This document shows positions 58,628 to 64,000 of a stretch of DNA of 64,000 bases, piece after piece. How positions within the stretch are numbered: position 1 is the stretch's first letter; every line of letters begins with the position of its first letter. The notes under the pieces were generated by a model. That model had not been told where the DNA came from. It searched no databases and saw only the letters and a program-made list of their open reading frames with translations. The stretch lies in the NCBI RefSeq assembly GCF_009914755.1, contig NC_060937.1; one strand, given 5' to 3'. The position numbers and the translations under genes are program-made. The DNA comes from the human T2T-CHM13v2.0 reference genome, Homo sapiens.

Positions 58628-59379
58628 GGTGGCTAACTAGAGGCATCTGCTACTCACCTCCTTCACAAAGAAGAATCAAAATAGTGAGTAGATAATCATA
58701 CTTCAAATAGATTGCCTAAGAGAGAATTCTGGAATTCAACAGAAAAATCACAGAAAACATCTAAGACAACAGGGAAAAAGGGAGGAAGTAGGCCGCCTGA
58801 TTGGCCAGGAAAGCCTGGGAGCCTGGAGAGGCTCCCCAGTGCAGGGAAAGAGTGAGTAACAAAGGAGGCCAACAATGGAAGAAGCATTAGATTTAAACTG
58901 CACTTCAGAACAAAATGGACCCAACAGACTTTTACAGAACATTTCATCCAACAGCTACAGAATACATATTTTTCTCCAGGATAGATCATATGTTGGGACA
59001 TGTCTCAACAAATTATAAAAATTGAAATCTTATCAATACAGTTGAATAAAAGTAGAAATCAATATTTAAAAGAACTTTGAAAACTGTACAAATATATGAA
59101 AATCGAACAACATGCTCCTGAATGACGACTGGGTCTAGGAAGACACTAAGGAGAAAATTTAAAAATTTTGTGAAATAATTTAAATACAAAGCAGAACATA
59201 GCAAAACCTATGGAATAAAGCAAAAGCAGTACTAAGAGGAAAGTTTATAGCAATAAACACCCACATCAAAAAGGTAGAATAATTCCAAATAAACAATCTA
59301 ACTATGCACCTCAAAGAAGTAGAAAAGCAGGAATCAACCAAACTGAAAATTAGAAGAAGAAAAAAAGTAATAAAAATCA
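58628..59379 (+). mobile_element. L1PB/L1MA-age element, part 1: about 250 bp of 5'UTR joined to the ORF2 EN/linker region
   Basis: GGCTAACTAGAGGCATCTG...GTGAGTAGATAATCA resembles a recalled L1PB/L1M1 5' end; from about 58878 ORF2 sequence follows (TTAAACTGCACTTCAGAACAAAATGGAC...CAGAATACATATTTTTCTC). Confidence 0.75.
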
Positions 59380-60908
59380 AAGGAATCCTAAGCAAAAAGA
59401 ACAAAGCTGGCGGCATCACATTACCTGATTTCCAATTATACTACAAACCTTTAGTAACCAAAACATAATGGTACTGGTATAAAAATAGAAACATTGATCA
59501 ATGAAACAGAATAGAGAACCCAGAAATAGAGCTACATACCTAAAACCAACTGATCTTTAACAAAGCCAACAAAAACATACAATGGGGAAAGAAGACGCTG
59601 TTCAATAAATGGCGATGGAAAAATTATATTACCATATGCAGAAGAATGAAACTGCACACCTATCTCTCACCATATACAAAAATTAACACAGAATGCATTA
59701 AACACTTAAATGTACAACTTGAAACTATAAGAATACTATAAGAAAACCTAGGAAAAACTCTTCTGTACATTGGCCTAGGCAAATAATTCATGACTAAGAC
59801 CTTGTAAACAAATGCAATATGAACCAAAATAGACAAATGAGACTTGACTAAACTAAAAAGCTTCTGAACAGCAAAAGAAATAATCAACAGAGTGATCACA
59901 CAGACTGGAGAATGAGAGAAAAAATTGCAAACTATGAATCTGACAGGAGACTAATATTGAGAATCTACAGGGAACTCAAACAACTCAACAACAACAAAAA
60001 ACAAATGACCCTACTAAAAAGCGGAAAAAAGGATATGAACAGACATTTTACAAAAGATAACATACAAATGTCTAACAAGCTTATTTAAAATGCCCAACAT
60101 CACTAATCATCAGAGAAATGCAAATTAAAACCACACTGAAATACCATCTCACACCAGTCAGAATGTTTTGTTATTAAAAAGACAAAAAATAACAGGCAGT
60201 TATGAGGATGTGAAAAAATGGAAATGCTTATACATTGTTGGTGGGAATGTAAATTAGTACCATCTTTATGAAAAATAGTATGCAGATTTCTTAAAGAATA
60301 AAAAATCGATACAACATTGGATTTAGCAATACCCGTCAGATATACTACTCAAAGAAAAAAAAAATCATTTTATCAAAAAGACACATGTGCCTGTGTATTC
60401 ACAACAGCACTGTTCACAAGAGCAAAGATATGGAATTCAGCTAAGTATCCATCAACAGAAGATTCAATTAAAATGTTGTGTTTATATGTGCATGTCTGTG
60501 TGCATGTGCGCAAACACGTGCGCGCGCACACACACCATGAGATACTATTCAGCCATAAAAATGAATGGAATCATGTATTTTGCAGCAGCGTGGATGTAAC
60601 TGAAGGCCATTTTCTTAAGTGAAACAACTCAGAAACAGAAAGTCAAATGCCACATATTGTCACGCATCAGTGGGAGTTAGATAATGTGTACACCTGTACA
60701 TTGAAGGTGGAATAATACACAATGGAGATTTGGAAAGGTGGGAGGGTTGAGGGGTCTGTGAGATGAAAAAAAAATAATGAGTACAAAGTACACTATTCAT
60801 GTTATGGTTAGACAAAAAACCATACTTCCCCACTATGCAATATATCTGAGTTACAAAATGGCACTTGTACACCCTAAATCTATAAAAATTAAAAAAAAAA
60901 TTAAAACA
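59380..60908 (+). mobile_element. 5'-truncated L1PB-type element with poly(A), nested inside the preceding L1
   Basis: Starts at AATCCTAAGCAAAAAGAACAAAGCTGG (late ORF2); ends GCACTTGTACACCCTAAATCTATAAAAATTAAAAAAAAAA. Confidence 0.85.
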
Positions 60909-61692
60909 GGAAAAAAAGATCAGAGCATAACTCAATGAAATTGAGATTATAAAGTCAATGCAAAGCACCAATGAAACGAAAAGTTGTTTTTAAAAAGATA
61001 AACAAAGCTAACCAAAAAAAAGAAAAAAGAAAAAAATAAAATTAGAAATGAAATAGAAGACATTACATCTGATACCACAGAAATGTTAAAGATCACTAGA
61101 TACTATTGTGAATAATTATACAATAACCAACTGGAAAATCTAGAGGACATGGATAAATTCCTAGACACATACAAATTACCAAGTTTGAATCAGGAAGAAA
61201 CAGAAAACCTTAACAACCATTAGCAAGTAATGAAATTGAATCAGTAACAAAAATTCTCCCAACAAAAGAGAATTCCAAGGCCTTAGGGCTTCCCTGCCAA
61301 AATTTAACAAAAGTGCAGAGAACAAACACCAAGTCTCCTTAAATTATTCCAAAACATTGAAAAGGGGGGAATTCTTCCTAACTCATATTACAAGGCAAGC
61401 ATTACCCTGATACCAAATTGGACAAGGATGCAACAACAAAAAAAGACAACTACATGCCAATATCCTTAATGAACATAGATGCAAATATCCTCAAAAACAT
61501 ACTAGCAAACTGAATCCAACAGCATATCAAAAAGATAATTCAACATGAGAAAGTGAGATTTATACCAGGGGTGCAAGGATGGAGGGATGCACAAATCAGT
61601 AAATGTGATATATCAAATCCACAGAATGAAGGACCATAATCCTAGGATTATCTCAATAGATGCAGAAAAATCACTTGATAAAATTTAAAGCC
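60909..61692 (+). mobile_element. L1PB/L1MA-age element, part 2 (ORF2 resumes)
   Basis: AAAGATCAGAGCATAACTCAATGAAATTGAG is the ORF2 sequence expected after the 59379 break. Confidence 0.8.
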
Positions 61693-64000
61693 CTGTATCA
61701 GACTGATTCACAGGTGAATTCTACCAGACATATAAAGAAGAGTTGGCACCAATCCATTGAAACTATGACAAAATAATTGAGGAAGAGGGCAATGCAAAAA
61801 GAAAACTTCAGGCCAATATCACTGATAAATATAGACGCAAAAATCCTCAACACTAGCAAATCAAATCCAGCAGCACATCAAAAAGTGAATGCAACATGAT
61901 CAAGCAGGCTTTATCCCTGGGGTGCAAGATTGTTACAACATATGCAAATAAACAAATGTGATTCATCACATAAACAGAGCTAAAAACAAAACCCAATGAT
62001 CACCTCAATAGATGCAGAAATGACTTTTGATAAAATTCAAAATCCCTTCCCATTAAAAACCCTCACCAAACTAGGCACTGAAGGAACATACCTCAAACAA
62101 ATAAGAGCTATCTATGAGAAACCCACAGCCAACCTCATAGTGAATAGGCAAAAGCTGGAAGCATTCCCCTCGAGAACCAGAAGACAAGGATGCCCACTCT
62201 CACCACTCCTATTCAGCGCAGTACTGGAAGTCCTGACCAAAGCAATCAGGCAAGAGAAAGAAATAAAGTGCATCTAAATAGGAAGAGAGGAAGTTAGACT
62301 ATCTCTCTTCACAGATGATATGATTCTATATACATAAGACCATTGTTTCTGCTCCTAGAAAAGGTAAACAACTTTAGTAAAGTTTCGGAGTACAAAACCA
62401 GTGTAAGAAATCAGTAGCATTTCTATACAATAACGGCAAGCTGAGAACCACATCAAGAATGCAATCTCATTCACAACAGCCACAACAGAAATAAAATACC
62501 TACAAATACAGCTAACAAGAGAGGTGAAAGATTTCTACAATGCGATTTACAAAACACTGTTGAAAGAAATCAGAGTTGACACCACAAACAAATGAAAAAG
62601 CATTCCACGCTCATGGATAGGAAGAAACAATATTGCTAAACCGGCCATATGTCTAAAGCAATGTACAGATTCAATGCTATTTCTATCAAACTACCAATGT
62701 CATTTTTCACAGAATTAGAAAAAAAAACTATTCTAAAATTCATATGGAACCAAAAAGAAGCCCAAATAACCAAAGCAATTCTAAGCAAAACAAACAAACA
62801 AGCCAGAGACATCACACTACCTGACTTCAAACTATACAAGACTACAGTAACCAAATAGTATTTTGCTGGTAAAAACAAACAAACAAAAAGCAACAACCAA
62901 AACAAAACAAAACAAACAAACAAAACAGACTTATAGACCAAAGGAACAGGTTAGAGAATTCAGAAATGAAGTCAGAAACCTACAGTCATCTGATCTTCGA
63001 CAATGTTAACAAAAACAAGCAATCAGTAAAGGACTCACTATTGTTAAAAGAAAATCCTTAGCCAAATTAAATTTAACATAGTTTAATTGAGCAAAGAATG
63101 TTAACGTGAATAGGGCAAACTCTTGAGCCAGAGTAGGCTGAGAGAGACTCCAGGGCAGCCACATGGTTGAATAAGATTTATAGACAGAAAAAGAAAAGTG
63201 ACATACAGAAAACAGACGTGAGATACAGAAACAGCTAGATTGGTTACAAAAAAATCAGCATCTAACTTATTTGAACATGGTTTGAACAGTTGGCCCCCTT
63301 TGATTGAGCAAAACTTGGTGATTGGCACAAGAGTAAGTTACATTCTATTTATACCTCTATTTAGATTATACTTTATTATGTACAGAGAAACTTTTAAGCT
63401 GAACTTAAAATATTTAAGGAGGCAGCTTTGGATTAACCTTGATTTAGCACTATTCAATAAATGGTGATGGGATAACTGGCTAGCCATATGCAGAAGATTG
63501 AAACCAGACTCCTCCCTTTCACCATATACAAAATCAACTCAAGATGGATTAAACACTTAAACTTAAAACTATAAAAAACCCTGGAAGAAAACCTAGGTAA
63601 TTCCATTCTGGACAGGGGCATTGGTAAAGATTTCATAACAAAGATACCAAAAGCAATTGGAACAGAAGCAAAAACTGACAAGTGAGAACTAATTGAACTA
63701 AAGGGTTTCTGCATAGCTGAATAAATTATCACAGAGTAAACTGACAACCTACAGAATGGGAGAAAATGCAAACTACCCAACAAAGGTCTAATATCCAGAA
63801 TCTACAAGAAACTTAAACATATCCACAAGCAAAAACCAAATAACCCCATTAAAAAACAGAAAAGGGACATGAACAGACACTTCTTAAAGGAAGACATACA
63901 AGTAGCCAACAAACATATGAAAAGACGCTCCACATCACTAATCATCAGAGAAATGCAAATTGAAACCACAATGAGATACCATCTTAAACCAGTCAGAATG
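61693..64000 (+). mobile_element. Another 5'-truncated L1 (old L1PA/L1PB) ORF2, interrupted by an LTR; runs off the window
   Basis: Jumps back to GATTCACAGGTGAATTCTACCAG; RT peptide at 61996-62277 ([12 protein letters not shown]). Confidence 0.85.
63042..63449 (-). mobile_element. ERV1 solo LTR, MER57-like, inserted in L1 ORF2
   Basis: TG...CA termini; 4-bp TSD CTAT at 63038-63041 / 63450-63453; removing the LTR restores the L1 sequence GGACTC-CTATTCAATAAATGG. Confidence 0.85.

Overview
Human (primate) genomic DNA that is AT-rich and dominated by transposable elements, with no credible protein-coding gene. The sequence at 36970-37142 matches the forensic STR D13S317 (both classical primer sites present; 8 TATC units), which places the window in the gene-poor 13q31.1 region. 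Contents: a disabled L1PA3/4-type LINE-1 at the left edge, in which a ~0.43 kb deletion fuses ORF1 in frame to ORF2; three L1s with 5' inversions (twin-priming structure); a nested L1 pile-up at 56.7-64 kb; six Alus plus one Alu monomer, one Alu being very young; an LTR12 (ERV9) solo LTR nested in a MER52/LTR28-group LTR; ERVL/MLT2, MaLR (THE1, MST, MLT1), MER57, MER5 and MER47 relics; microsatellites; a 148-bp dispersed direct duplication; and a palindrome cluster. Subfamily names come from recalled consensus sequences and need RepeatMasker/Dfam confirmation. Boundaries without a target-site duplication (TSD) are approximate. I found no convincing new biological system; the findings are structural oddities and testable hypotheses.
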